Shown here: one piece after another, positions 45,147 to 55,318 of the stretch
Position numbering within the stretch: position 1 is the stretch's first letter
How the letters are laid out: each line of letters opens with the position of its first letter
Source: a virus
Lineage: Duplodnaviria > Caudoviricetes
Strand: one strand, 5' to 3'
Virus record (IMG/VR): IMGVR_UViG_645948499_000001
Coordinates: 10,902 to 74,901 of that record
DNA length: 64,000 nt
Program-made: the position numbers and the translations under genes
The notes under the pieces: model-generated
Databases searched by the model: none
The model's input: only the letters and a program-made list of their open reading frames with translations
What the model was told of the DNA's origin: nothing

Positions 45147-47349
45147 AGCCGTTCACCTCGTTGATGGTTTCATTGATATCAGGGAGGGTGAGCTTGGTTG
45201 CAACGAAGTGTTGTGCCACATCCAAGCTTGCCGCCCCTATGTTGCCAGTATGGATTGTTCGCTGGAAGAAGTCTCCTGGGGTTTCCCCCGGAATGATTGC
45301 CGGGGACATATGCATTACGTCCAGCGGTCCAAGGAGAGGGGTTTTACCCAAACCAAGTTCCTTAGCAGTTTCGTCCAGTCCCGCCATCATATCATCGAAA
45401 GTAGCCAACTCTGCGGAGATGTCCTTCATCAACTGAGCCATCTCAGCCTGGAAATCCTGGGATGCAGTCTTGGCCATATTAGAACTGATAGCCATAAGGT
45501 TCTCACTCCAGGTGGCTTCGGTACTCATACCGTAAGCACTCACAGCCATGAGGAGAACAGCAGTCAGCAGACCCAGTTCAGCACCTACGGTCTTCACGAA
45601 CAACTTCACACCGTAGTCGATGGCGATAGCAGTAACGACCATCTGTAGAATAGTGATAGCCAGTGCTGTAGCACCAAGTGCAGCTGCTGCCATGATGGTT
45701 TGCCATGCCTGTCCGAGAGTGAACACGGTCACCACAATAGCTACTGCAATCAAGATGATCTTGAAGAAAGTGCTGGAGTACCAAGGAGCCTTGATAATGG
45801 TCAGGGTATTCACGCACATGTGCAGAGCACGAGCGAGCAACTTCTCCTTACCTCGTACAGACAGCTGATCCACGATGGCTTTATCCAACGGGAACAGCAA
45901 TTCCTTGGCTCCTGGACCAGCTACATGCCCTTTCTTGTGGGTAACCCGATAGTGCAGCTGCGGGTTGAAGATGGTCACCTCTTCATACACAGCATCCAAT
46001 ACTTGCTTCTGATATCGGTAGGCAGGCTGAATAGTGGATAGCAAACCAGAACTGTTCTCTGCTGTCAGTTGCTTGCCAGTGAACTTACCTACTGGAGCTA
46101 CCTTGCCAGTCTTCCGTTCAAACTTGATACCGGAATAACTGAAGTCCATTCCGAAATGCTTGTCCTGAATGGTGATCACCTGGTCTAGAGCATTGGAATA
46201 GTCACCGAATTTGTCGGGCAATCCTTGTGCTTTTTGCCGTTGCCTGATGCCATTGTGATAAAGCCAGGCACAGTATTCGAACAGGTAGTTCTGGTCGTAC
46301 TGCTCCTCAGAACCTGGGTTGACTCCCATGAACAGGATGGACTGTTGAACATCCTGCAAGTTGGGGTCCAACTGAACAGTATCCATCAGCTTCTCATAGT
46401 CAGCCCCCAAATAGCGGCACCACTTCTTGCAGTCCCAGAATGCTTTAGCGCCCTGGGCTTGAGCAGGTAGCTTGTTGAAATGGAAATACGCCCACGGGTA
46501 GTAAGTACCTGCGGCTTCGTACTTGATGGTGAACACTCCATCGATATCCGGGTAAGTTCCACTACCCTGCTTGTATGTGAAGAAGCCCACAGTGCCATTG
46601 CTTCGCCGGAACCGAACTTGGTGGTAGTCCGCTTCCAGATCCATGAGCATATCGATTCGATGAGTACCTTTCTGGATTACACCATTTGAGTCCTTCCACT
46701 CATAGGTGATGATCACGTAATCCGTAGTGTTGGCCGACTGCTTGTAAGGACTCTGGTTTGCATACTGACCCATACCCCCAACTGTGTTGTAAGGCCGGGA
46801 AGGGGTTACACCAGAGAGAGGGCTGAAGCCCCAGTTCTCCAACAAACCAAGGGTAAACACGTCCTTGTTCCAATCCAGAGTGTCCTTGGAGTAATAAGGC
46901 ACTATGTCATACAGGTATACCTGTCCACGGCCAGCTTCCAAACCAGGAAGTCTATTGGTCACCGGGTTCCATTGCCACAGACGGATGCACTCGGTGTAGG
47001 CCCAATGGATGGAGTTCAGTGCCCCATAGTTGTTGTAGTAGGTAGTGATCGGTCCCTCACTTCTGGCGATGGTTTGAGCAACGATCTGCCGTGCATCAAT
47101 GCCACTGAGGATCTTGCTCTGGGGCATACCCCAGAAGTAGTCATTGGACTTTGCCCAGTTGTACCCGACATCCGCACGGATGCCCAAACTTCCCGAAGTC
47201 TGCTCCAGCATGTATTCGACGAGATCATCACCAGCCATGATTCCTTTGATGATCCCCGACTTAGGGGAATCAGGAATCGATGCCTCTTCGAATACACGTT
47301 GAACGGTGGTATTCACAATCACCTTCTTCTTTACACTGAAGATTCCCAT
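45130..47349 (-). CDS. N4 gp53-like structural protein with C-terminal hydrophobic segments
   Basis: MGIFS start at 47349; PWYSSTFFKIILIAVAIVV; syntenic. Confidence 0.75.
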   Translation of the reverse strand: MGIFSVKKKVIVNTTVQRVFEEASIPDSPKSGIIKGIMAGDDLVEYMLEQTSGSLGIRADVGYNWAKSNDYFWGMPQSKILSGIDARQIVAQTIARSEGPITTYYNNYGALNSIHWAYTECIRLWQWNPVTNRLPGLEAGRGQVYLYDIVPYYSKDTLDWNKDVFTLGLLENWGFSPLSGVTPSRPYNTVGGMGQYANQSPYKQSANTTDYVIITYEWKDSNGVIQKGTHRIDMLMDLEADYHQVRFRRSNGTVGFFTYKQGSGTYPDIDGVFTIKYEAAGTYYPWAYFHFNKLPAQAQGAKAFWDCKKWCRYLGADYEKLMDTVQLDPNLQDVQQSILFMGVNPGSEEQYDQNYLFEYCAWLYHNGIRQRQKAQGLPDKFGDYSNALDQVITIQDKHFGMDFSYSGIKFERKTGKVAPVGKFTGKQLTAENSSGLLSTIQPAYRYQKQVLDAVYEEVTIFNPQLHYRVTHKKGHVAGPGAKELLFPLDKAIVDQLSVRGKEKLLARALHMCVNTLTIIKAPWYSSTFFKIILIAVAIVVTVFTLGQAWQTIMAAAALGATALAITILQMVVTAIAIDYGVKLFVKTVGAELGLLTAVLLMAVSAYGMSTEATWSENLMAISSNMAKTASQDFQAEMAQLMKDISAELATFDDMMAGLDETAKELGLGKTPLLGPLDVMHMSPAIIPGETPGDFFQRTIHTGNIGAASLDVAQHFVATKLTLPDINETINEVNGYGVSV

Positions 47350-47361
47350 ATTCGCCTCATG

Positions 47362-47385
47362 AAAAAGGGGGACCGAAGTCCCCCT
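47362..47385 (-). terminator. rho-independent terminator
   Basis: AAAAA-GGGGGAC-CGAA-GTCCCC on the + strand (TTCG loop on -). Confidence 0.8.
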
Positions 47386-47402
47386 AGTGTACACCTAACT
47401 GG

Positions 47403-48368
47403 TTAAGCCCCTGCACCAGTGAGCAGCTTGTTGATAGCCCTCCCGATGTTCGGGTCGAACAGACCGTTGGTCTGGTCAGCCACAGTACCTTCGTCGGTAG
47501 TACGACGAACGTTCCAGGAGTCCACCAGGATCTTCGCAGCCTTCTGTTCAGCATCCCGTTTGAACCCTTCGGACTGAGCAAGGTACAGAGCCTTCTGCCG
47601 ACCAATGACAGAATCCGGATCAGTACCGGAAGCAACAGTCTGTGCCCGCTCGGTATTGGTCTTCTGCTGAACCAGTGCAGTCTGTGCAGTGGTACTCAGC
47701 TTCTGTTCCATGGTCAGGTCGTACTGAGCCTTGAGCAGACACTCCTGGGCAACCAGGTTAAGCAGTTCCTGCTTCGCATTGAGGATCTGCTGTGTCAGTT
47801 GCTCAGCCTGTTTCAGAATGACCGTGTTCTGCGATACCAGGTTCTTGGTTTCCTGGTCCACACGCTTGGTAGTTGCCTGTACTTGCAGGTCTTGGAAACC
47901 TTGACTGGTGATCTCAGCATCCAACTTACGGATCTGAGCAGCAGGCATCTTGGTCTGCTCTTGGGTCAACAGGTCTTGGAAACCAGCAGACTTGATCTGC
48001 GACTCGGGTAGCTTGGCTTGTTCCAGAGTCAGCTTGACCTTGGCCTTGATCAGTTCAGCGTCGTGCTCTTCCTTCTCGATCTGCTTATCCAGCAACTCAC
48101 CTTGTTTCTCGGTGAGTTTGATCTGAGCTTCGATCAGAGCAGCCTTGTTGGCTGCTTCATCCTTCTGAAGCAGGAAGACCACAGCATTCTGAAGAATGGC
48201 TGCGATACCTGCGGAGAGAACCTGTCCGTACTCCTGGTCTTTCATCCGACCTTTGGAGCGTTCCTCAGACAGGTGATTCCGCAGTGCCTGCATCAGCTGA
48301 TCGAACGCACCTTCACCGGTGATCTTGACCTCGGTCAAGTCCTTCAGTGTGATGGGTTGGGCAGCCAT
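47403..48368 (-). CDS. structural protein (N4 gp54-like)
   Basis: [30 protein letters not shown]. Confidence 0.8.
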   Translation of the reverse strand: MAAQPITLKDLTEVKITGEGAFDQLMQALRNHLSEERSKGRMKDQEYGQVLSAGIAAILQNAVVFLLQKDEAANKAALIEAQIKLTEKQGELLDKQIEKEEHDAELIKAKVKLTLEQAKLPESQIKSAGFQDLLTQEQTKMPAAQIRKLDAEITSQGFQDLQVQATTKRVDQETKNLVSQNTVILKQAEQLTQQILNAKQELLNLVAQECLLKAQYDLTMEQKLSTTAQTALVQQKTNTERAQTVASGTDPDSVIGRQKALYLAQSEGFKRDAEQKAAKILVDSWNVRRTTDEGTVADQTNGLFDPNIGRAINKLLTGAGA

Positions 48369-48378
48369 GGCTTACTCC

Positions 48379-49017
48379 TTACTCTACCGAACCACGAGCA
48401 GCTTGTGCTTTACGCAGGTCTTCCAGTTCCTCATTGGTGAGGGGCGGAAGAACTTCGACGGCGAACTCACGAACCTGCTTGGAGGTACGGTAGGTCTTAC
48501 CGGTGCTCGAATCCTTGGCGTTGTAGAAGTGCTGGTAGTGACGGGCCTTGATCATGTTGAGCAGGGCTGCTTCGACGTGCCAGTCGGTTTCGAACGGAAC
48601 GCAGCGACGCAGAGTGCCCACGATGTCGTTACCGAAGGTGAAGATCTCGCTTTCCCACTCGGTCTTGTTCGGGTTGTGGCAGGTGATGCGGCAGCGAACC
48701 AGCTTGCGTGCTTCGTTACGCAGACGGCGCTTGCGTTGGTTCGGGGTTTCGGCTTCTTCGGCGGCAGCGGCCAAAGCAGTGGGTTGCGGGATGGCGGATT
48801 CGGACACTTCTTCTTCCTCGTCTTCTACGGTGTTGCCTTCGATGGCAGCATTGACCATGGCACGGAGCTTGTCCACGCCGGTGTTGGAACGGAACTTCAG
48901 ACCCAGTTGGGTAGCACGTTCTTGCAGGACTTCCAGTTCGGAACGCTGCGGCAGAGAAGCCGGATCTTCTTCGGTGGGATCTTGGACTTCGTTGTTCAGG
49001 GCGTTGTCGAGAGACAT
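48379..49017 (-). CDS. N4 gp55-like protein
   Basis: KLVRCRITCHNPNK, EFAVEVLPPLT..EL..L. Confidence 0.8.
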   Translation of the reverse strand: MSLDNALNNEVQDPTEEDPASLPQRSELEVLQERATQLGLKFRSNTGVDKLRAMVNAAIEGNTVEDEEEEVSESAIPQPTALAAAAEEAETPNQRKRRLRNEARKLVRCRITCHNPNKTEWESEIFTFGNDIVGTLRRCVPFETDWHVEAALLNMIKARHYQHFYNAKDSSTGKTYRTSKQVREFAVEVLPPLTNEELEDLRKAQAARGSVE

Positions 49018-49041
49018 GGTTTGATTCCTCTGGGCGGAGTT

Positions 49042-49066
49042 AAAAAAGGGGAGGTTTCCCTCCCCT
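49042..49066 (-). terminator. terminator after the capsid gene
   Basis: A run, then GGGGAGG-TTTC-CCTCCCC on the + strand. Confidence 0.8.
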
Positions 49067-49076
49067 CCAGCCTACC

Positions 49077-50270
49077 TTACAGGCGGGCTACGGTCTTGAT
49101 CAGCGCGATCCATTCCGGACGGTACACCATGAAGCCGTAGTACCACTTGATGGACATGAAGCCCATCTCGCCGTAGGGATCCAGGCGGTCAGCAGTAGCT
49201 TCGCCGGGCTTCTTGTTGTAGATCTTGAACTTGACGTTCTTGCCATCGGTCTGGAAGCCGACAGTGGTGAACGCTTCGGACGAGATCACCAGCATCGGGA
49301 AGATGCTGTACTTGTCGTTGAAGTCATGGTAGCCGTCGGCGGTCGGATCGACTGCCTTACCGGCTCCCTGCCAGTGCATCATCTGCGGGTTGATGATGAT
49401 GCGGAACTGGTCGATTGCACCGATCTCGCCGATGAAGGTGTTGCCGCCGGCAGCGTACTTCTCGATGGAGATGAACGCCGGATTGCCGTGGTTGTCCTTC
49501 ATGGCTTTCAGGGTCGGGATCAGTTCACTGCCGCAGTACAGCGGACGGCAACCCGGAATGGTGCGGGTGTCGATCATCCGGGTACCGGTGATCATCTTGG
49601 TGCCCTTCGGGGCGCGGTTGTTGTCCAGGTCGATGTTGAGGCGCATCAGGGAGTCGTAGGTGACTTCCGTGGTGGCATCCACTTCGCTGTCCTGGGTAGC
49701 TGCGCCCGGATAACGGACGACGCCGGCGCTGTTCAGCAGATCGATCTGGAGCAGGTCTTCGGTCATCTCGTTGGCGCCTTTCAGCATCTCGCGCCCAACG
49801 TGCATGTCCAGTTCTGCATCGCTATCGAAGTCCAGCGATTCCTGAGTGTACTCACGGAAGAAGCCGTACTTTTCCAGCTTGCCTTCGAGCAGAACACGCT
49901 TGAAGCCAACACGGTTCACACGACCGCCGACTTCGGTGAGGGTCGGCATCTTGCCGACGATGGTGCCCACGTCACGGCTCGAACCATACAGGTTGCCGTT
50001 GGCGATGGTGGCGCCGGAAGCGTCGATACCCTGGTCGTTGATGTTGCGGTCGTCGAGCAGCGGGATGTAGTGCATGCGGACGATCTTCTTGCCGTAGTGT
50101 TTCGGCATGCCGAAGACGGAAGCCAGCTGACCGAAGTACGCTTCTTTACGGGCGTCGATCAGAGCTTGTTTCATCCAGTATTGGGTCTGCGTTTGCGGAC
50201 CGATACTGGACTCTACCCCGCCCGCAGGGTCGTTGTACTTACCGGGCTTGTACGGATCTGGAGCGGCCAT
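49077..50270 (-). CDS. major capsid protein (N4 gp56-like)
   Basis: YIPLLDDRNINDQGIDASG, GNLYGSSRD, GGRVNRVGF, DPYGEMGFMSIKWYYG. Confidence 0.95.
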   Translation of the reverse strand: MAAPDPYKPGKYNDPAGGVESSIGPQTQTQYWMKQALIDARKEAYFGQLASVFGMPKHYGKKIVRMHYIPLLDDRNINDQGIDASGATIANGNLYGSSRDVGTIVGKMPTLTEVGGRVNRVGFKRVLLEGKLEKYGFFREYTQESLDFDSDAELDMHVGREMLKGANEMTEDLLQIDLLNSAGVVRYPGAATQDSEVDATTEVTYDSLMRLNIDLDNNRAPKGTKMITGTRMIDTRTIPGCRPLYCGSELIPTLKAMKDNHGNPAFISIEKYAAGGNTFIGEIGAIDQFRIIINPQMMHWQGAGKAVDPTADGYHDFNDKYSIFPMLVISSEAFTTVGFQTDGKNVKFKIYNKKPGEATADRLDPYGEMGFMSIKWYYGFMVYRPEWIALIKTVARL

Positions 50271-50296
50271 TGCTCATTTCCTCTTTCAGTTGCAGT

Positions 50297-51529
50297 TCAG
50301 TGAATATATTTGAAGTGTTGTGCCGGATGCTTCTCGAACTCTTCATCCGACATATCAAGCGGGTTGTAGTTTGCCTGAGTTTTGCGTGGAGTGGAAGAAG
50401 AAGTAGGAGCAGCTGCACGTTTGCGAGCATTAACTGCCGCACTAGCAGGTTTAGCACCAGCAGTAGTGACCTTAACAGGAGCAGCGGGAGTTTTCACTAC
50501 CTGAGCATTGGCCGCAGCTTGTTCGATAGCAGCGAAAGCTCCTTGCTTCTGAAGTTCTTCACCAACTTGCTGGTAAACCTGCAAGTACGGGGCGTTGCTA
50601 ACTCGCGGATCCAGAACTTTGCGACGGTTAACTTCGGCATCAATGATGTCGAATACACCGTTGCTCATTTGGCTTTCCATGTAACCCAGAATAGCAGGGT
50701 TCTCAGAGAGCCACTTCTTGGATTGCGAGTCGAATGCCTTGGCAGTGTTAACTACACGAGTGTAGTGCTGCGAATGTTGGATGGAATCCAGTGCATCCGA
50801 CATTGCCTCGGCAACCGGATCGATTTGAACAGCCTGGGGCTTATAGCCTTCGACTTTCTTCTCATCGATATCCAGCGGATCTACCCCTGCACTTTTGGCC
50901 AGGGCAGCAATCGCTTCCGGCTTCTTGTGCTTGAGCAAATCCAAGATCTGCCCCACTGCTTCAGGAGATGCCAGGTCGGCGTCCTCCAACTGTCGCAGCA
51001 GAGCGAGATGCGGCTTGAGTGCCTGCATCTTCTGGTTGTAGTTGGCACCCATCTGGATCAGACGTTGTGCCTCCTCCGCGTTCTTCACCTGGATCTCTCG
51101 ACCGTTGGCTTTGAACGGAGCAAGGATGGTATCCCGGAACTTAACTACATCCGCATCGGGAGTAGCAACTTCCTTGGTTTCCTTTTCTTGCTCACTGGCT
51201 TCGGACTTGTCGGCATCCGTAACTTCGGATTCGGCTGGCGCCTCTTTCTCGTTAGCTTCGCCGCCTTCGTCCTCGCCGGGGGTTTCTTCTTCTTCGGCTG
51301 GTTCTTCTTCACCAGCAATCTGACGACCTTGGTCTTCATCGTCGTCATCTTCTTCAGGCTGCACCTGGGCTTCGAGTGCAGCCTGTTCTTGTTCTTCAGC
51401 AGACAAACCAGCAGGAGCAGACTTCTGCTCCTCCGGTTCTTTACCGTCTGCTTCTTCGATCTGTTCACGCACCGATTCGAACTCGGGAAGTTCATCATCG
51501 GGCATATCGAGGAAGTCGAGATCAGCCAT
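50297..51529 (-). CDS. N4 gp57-like protein (scaffold/tape-measure annotation)
   Basis: Acidic N-terminus; PFKANGREI, LIQMGANYNQKM, NPLDMSDEEF. Confidence 0.82.
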   Translation of the reverse strand: MADLDFLDMPDDELPEFESVREQIEEADGKEPEEQKSAPAGLSAEEQEQAALEAQVQPEEDDDDEDQGRQIAGEEEPAEEEETPGEDEGGEANEKEAPAESEVTDADKSEASEQEKETKEVATPDADVVKFRDTILAPFKANGREIQVKNAEEAQRLIQMGANYNQKMQALKPHLALLRQLEDADLASPEAVGQILDLLKHKKPEAIAALAKSAGVDPLDIDEKKVEGYKPQAVQIDPVAEAMSDALDSIQHSQHYTRVVNTAKAFDSQSKKWLSENPAILGYMESQMSNGVFDIIDAEVNRRKVLDPRVSNAPYLQVYQQVGEELQKQGAFAAIEQAAANAQVVKTPAAPVKVTTAGAKPASAAVNARKRAAAPTSSSTPRKTQANYNPLDMSDEEFEKHPAQHFKYIH

Positions 51530-51531
51530 GG

Positions 51532-51873
51532 TTATTCACCTGCCTCGTCTGCTTCGGCTTCAGCCTCCAGCAGATCACGTTCGTAGACTTCGATGGCACC
51601 CTTGGCTTGTTCAGCACGACGTGCCAGGTTCATCAGGAAGTCACGGAAGGAAGAGATGGCTTCGATGTCCCGGAGGTTGGCTTCGGCCATACCTTGGTTG
51701 GACATGTCACTACGACTGTGAACCAGGCGGATGGCTTCTTCTTCCAGATAACCATGACTGACTACCAGTTGGAAGTCGGCGTTCTTACGCAGACGATCCA
51801 GTGCTTCACCAGCTTTGATGTGGTCCTTCAGTTCCTGGACACTGACTTGAATCTCTTGAATGGTCGAATTCAT
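51532..51873 (-). CDS. N4 gp58-like protein
   Basis: ALDRLRKNADFQLVVSHGYLEEEAIRLV; syntenic. Confidence 0.75.
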   Translation of the reverse strand: MNSTIQEIQVSVQELKDHIKAGEALDRLRKNADFQLVVSHGYLEEEAIRLVHSRSDMSNQGMAEANLRDIEAISSFRDFLMNLARRAEQAKGAIEVYERDLLEAEAEADEAGE

Positions 51874-51939
51874 TTCGTTTCTCTCTGGTTAAGTGGACAG
51901 AGCCACCGGGTAAGGGTGGCTCTAATATACATAGTTAGT

Positions 51940-54105
51940 TTATCGTTTGGAAGTCCTGGCTACAGTTGCCTCTTCATTGCGGCGGACTATGGAATCCAAG
52001 AGTCTTCCCTGTGCTTGTGCATCAGCTTGTACCCTCGTCTTCTCCAGTTCACGCTCTTGGGTTACACCAGACTCACGTTCCACGAAGTCCAGGTCTGCAA
52101 GGTCCGCTTGACTACCCAAAGCACGAGCCTTTTGCCCTTCAGTGCCAGCTTTGCTGGTGTTGAGGTAACCAGTACTTGCAGCTTGCTGAGCCTTGGCCAG
52201 AGTTTCCTGTACCTGTGCTTCCAGCAGAGCAATCTCCAGTTCAGCCTTACGCTGAGCAATCGGATCCGGTTCGGGCTGGTACTTACGGATGCGGTGTGCA
52301 AGATCCGGCATCTTCTTCAGTTCAGCGATCTCCGAAAGGATCAACTGATTCATACCCCATTCCAGGTTCGGACCCATGGTTTGCAGCATGAAGCTCAAGT
52401 CGGCAACCTTGGCGTTGTCTTCTTCAGCCGTGCTGATACTTAACCGCAAGTCGAACTCACCGGCGAGATCATCACGACGAACAGTGACGAAACCTTCGTT
52501 GGTGATACGAATGACTTCTTCGTCATCCAGGAACTCAGCGTTCATTGCAATGACGCGGCGACCAACTTCGATCAGGCAATCACTCAGCCTACGAAGGATA
52601 CCGAGTTCCCGCTTCGATGCAGCATCCAGTGCACCACGGATGCCAGTAGCTGTATCCCCCAATGCTTGACCAGAGATGCCGGTGTTGAATGCTTTCACAC
52701 CAGTCATCGACTCAGCTTCCAGTTGCTGCTGGTTCAGCATGTACTCAGCAGAACGGGGAATCTCCTGGAAGGTATGGGTGTAGATCGCAGTAGCAGGGTT
52801 GTTTCCTGGGTTGAACTCGTAGGTTTCACCACGTTCGTACCGACGACGGTTGGTGATATCGAGTGCCCCCTTCTGGAAACCAACTTGACCATTGGCCGAC
52901 TGAGCCATGATGTCGATCATCCCCCGAGAGATGGCACCGACGATCTTCTGGTTGTCGATCAGCAACGAACCATCACTGTCACCGTACACACTGTCCTTCA
53001 CAGGCAGGTATGCAGCAACAACGTAGGGGATCTTACCATCCGGGAACGGGTTCAGTTCCAGACGGATCAGAACCTGACCTACCCAAGTTGCGACAATAGA
53101 GTGCAACTCACCATCACCATGAATATCGTAATATCCCCAATACTCATGCACCACAAGCCTCTTACGGGAGCGGTCAGCAAAGTCGAAATTGCGAACACTT
53201 TCTGACCCAGTGGCGTAGTCAGGTTGGGAGAGTATGTCAGAGTTCTGTTCATTGATTTTCTCCAGGTTGCTGTAGCGACCATCAGCCTTTAGCTCAGCAT
53301 AGGAGCTTTCGAAGGATTCAACCACGAACTTCGCTTTGTTCATATCACCGTTGCAAGACGGATCGATGACAATGTTGCGGAAGTCGCAGACCTTCAGAGT
53401 CGGCTGGTTGACGATGGTCTTCTGGACCTTCACCTTCTCGCTGCCATTTGGTACAGCGATGTAGGGAATGCCGTCACTTTCATAGTTCTCGAAAGCGACA
53501 CGAAGTTCCTCGGGCAACTCGGGATATTCGGAAGGACTCTCTGCTTTCAGCTGAGCAATCTCTTCCATGGTTTGCTGTGCAGTGGGATCCTCGAACAGAG
53601 CATAGGTGATCTTCACCTCTTCCACTTCACGAGTACGGAAATCCCAGCCAGTCTTCACGATGGCCGTACCTTCGTTCACCGCTGCACGGACAAAGGAGTC
53701 AATGAACTTCTGCTTGTTCAACCGGTTGTTGAACTGATAGTTCAGAACCATCTGGTTCTGACGAGCAGCTTCCACATCCTCCCAGGTAACCGGCTCAACG
53801 TTGAACACATTGGGACTGGAGAGGAATGGTTCACTCAGGGAAGCATAACGCCACTCGGCTTGTTTACGGATCAGCTTCGGTTGAACCTGGGAACGACCTT
53901 TCGGTGCCCTGGCTTTACCTTCACCGGTTCCGTGCATGTAGTCTAGCCACTGCTTGATCTTGGAGATCTGAGCTTCGGCTACCTGCTTGCCATCATCGAA
54001 GTCCTGCTTCAATTGCTTCAGGTCTGGTGCATTGCTCCAGTCCGGTTGCAACTTGGCAGGCGCTGTTACCTCCTGGGGAGGTAGCTCATTATCTTGATTC
54101 ATCAT
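51940..54105 (-). CDS. portal protein (N4 gp59-like)
   Basis: [43 protein letters not shown]. Confidence 0.93.
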   Translation of the reverse strand: MMNQDNELPPQEVTAPAKLQPDWSNAPDLKQLKQDFDDGKQVAEAQISKIKQWLDYMHGTGEGKARAPKGRSQVQPKLIRKQAEWRYASLSEPFLSSPNVFNVEPVTWEDVEAARQNQMVLNYQFNNRLNKQKFIDSFVRAAVNEGTAIVKTGWDFRTREVEEVKITYALFEDPTAQQTMEEIAQLKAESPSEYPELPEELRVAFENYESDGIPYIAVPNGSEKVKVQKTIVNQPTLKVCDFRNIVIDPSCNGDMNKAKFVVESFESSYAELKADGRYSNLEKINEQNSDILSQPDYATGSESVRNFDFADRSRKRLVVHEYWGYYDIHGDGELHSIVATWVGQVLIRLELNPFPDGKIPYVVAAYLPVKDSVYGDSDGSLLIDNQKIVGAISRGMIDIMAQSANGQVGFQKGALDITNRRRYERGETYEFNPGNNPATAIYTHTFQEIPRSAEYMLNQQQLEAESMTGVKAFNTGISGQALGDTATGIRGALDAASKRELGILRRLSDCLIEVGRRVIAMNAEFLDDEEVIRITNEGFVTVRRDDLAGEFDLRLSISTAEEDNAKVADLSFMLQTMGPNLEWGMNQLILSEIAELKKMPDLAHRIRKYQPEPDPIAQRKAELEIALLEAQVQETLAKAQQAASTGYLNTSKAGTEGQKARALGSQADLADLDFVERESGVTQERELEKTRVQADAQAQGRLLDSIVRRNEEATVARTSKR

Positions 54106-54124
54106 CCACTCCGAAGGAGATCAA

Positions 54125-54547
54125 ATGGAAATTAAAGCGCTGTGCGAGGACTTTATCATGCCTACCCGTGGTAGTGATACCGCAGGAGGTTTCGACATCT
54201 ACATGCCCGAAGCGGGCGAAGCCAAGATGAACACGGACAAACTTGTTCCGTTGGGATTCTCCACTGCTATTCCACCTGGCTTCGTAGCATTGCTACTTCC
54301 CCGTTCGGGGGTCGGTGCCAAGATGGGTGTGCGTCTCCGCAACACTTGCGGGGTAATCGATGCGGACTATCGTGGGGAATGGATGGCGAAGATCCTGACC
54401 GATGGTCCTGACTTCAAATGGGAGAAGGGTGATCGCGTACTTCAGTTCGTGATCGTCCCGGCCTATACCCCTGAACTCCAGCTGGTGGAAGAACTTCCTG
54501 AAACCAGTCGAGGTGAAGGTGGGTTCGGTAGTACCGGCAAAGCCTAA
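54125..54547 (+). CDS. dut: trimeric dUTPase
   Basis: GGFDI, PRSG, GVIDADYRGE, RGEGGFGSTG. Confidence 0.95.
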   Translation: MEIKALCEDFIMPTRGSDTAGGFDIYMPEAGEAKMNTDKLVPLGFSTAIPPGFVALLLPRSGVGAKMGVRLRNTCGVIDADYRGEWMAKILTDGPDFKWEKGDRVLQFVIVPAYTPELQLVEELPETSRGEGGFGSTGKA

Positions 54548-54580
54548 AAGAAAAAGGGGAACCGTCCTGGTTCCCCTTCA
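54547..54580. terminator. terminator between convergent genes
   Basis: A-rich run, then AAGGGGAACC-GTCCT-GGTTCCCCTT. Confidence 0.75.
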
Positions 54581-54583
54581 CCC

Positions 54584-55318
54584 TTACGCCCAGCCTCCCC
54601 GTCGCACCGGATCCACAAATCCGAGGGATCCATTGTGCAAACTCAGTGCCTCCAGATTGGCACACTCCGACTCATACATCCTTGCGTAGTTCACTCCTTC
54701 GAGTGCAGTGTTCTCCATGAAACCAATAGGTGTCTGGAAACGCGACGCAACGAAGTAGGTCAGAGCTTGTTTGTGAGTATAGGGAAGATCAACTGGAATG
54801 CAAGCCCAGTCTTCCATCACATCCTCGCACACGATCTGACTTCGAGGTGCTTTCCTGTACTTTAATGTCAGGTGTTTGCCTGGAATGTACGAGAACAGGT
54901 CGGGATCAATCTCCAAGATGTTATCTTGTGGGAAAGAGACGGACCAACAACTACCAGTGTTGATATCGTACTCCCTTCCCTGACAATCCTTGACCGACTC
55001 TACCTTCAGGATAGATCGAGGGAACAGCTTGTCGTGTTCCATCTCGATATACTGAACGATCCCTGGTTTGGCACGGTTACCCTTCTGCCTTTCAGGAACC
55101 AAGTGATACCGATAGGTATCCTTCAGCATCTCTACCCGGATAGTACCGGTCTTGAGATCGAATCTCTTGTGGAGTTCCAGGACTCCATCGTTCACAGCCC
55201 GAGCGATCTTCGGAATGAAGACCGGGTTGAGCTTGTGCGTCTCACCATCCACCACATGGATGTTGGACAATTGGAAGTCAACGAGTTCGTTGACTACCTC
55301 TTTCAGTTTGAATGTCAT
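54584..55318 (-). CDS. head-tail adaptor-like protein (N4 gp67-like)
   Basis: ELHKRFDLK, LPYTHKQALTYFVASR, YESECANLE; syntenic. Confidence 0.75.
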   Translation of the reverse strand: MTFKLKEVVNELVDFQLSNIHVVDGETHKLNPVFIPKIARAVNDGVLELHKRFDLKTGTIRVEMLKDTYRYHLVPERQKGNRAKPGIVQYIEMEHDKLFPRSILKVESVKDCQGREYDINTGSCWSVSFPQDNILEIDPDLFSYIPGKHLTLKYRKAPRSQIVCEDVMEDWACIPVDLPYTHKQALTYFVASRFQTPIGFMENTALEGVNYARMYESECANLEALSLHNGSLGFVDPVRRGGWA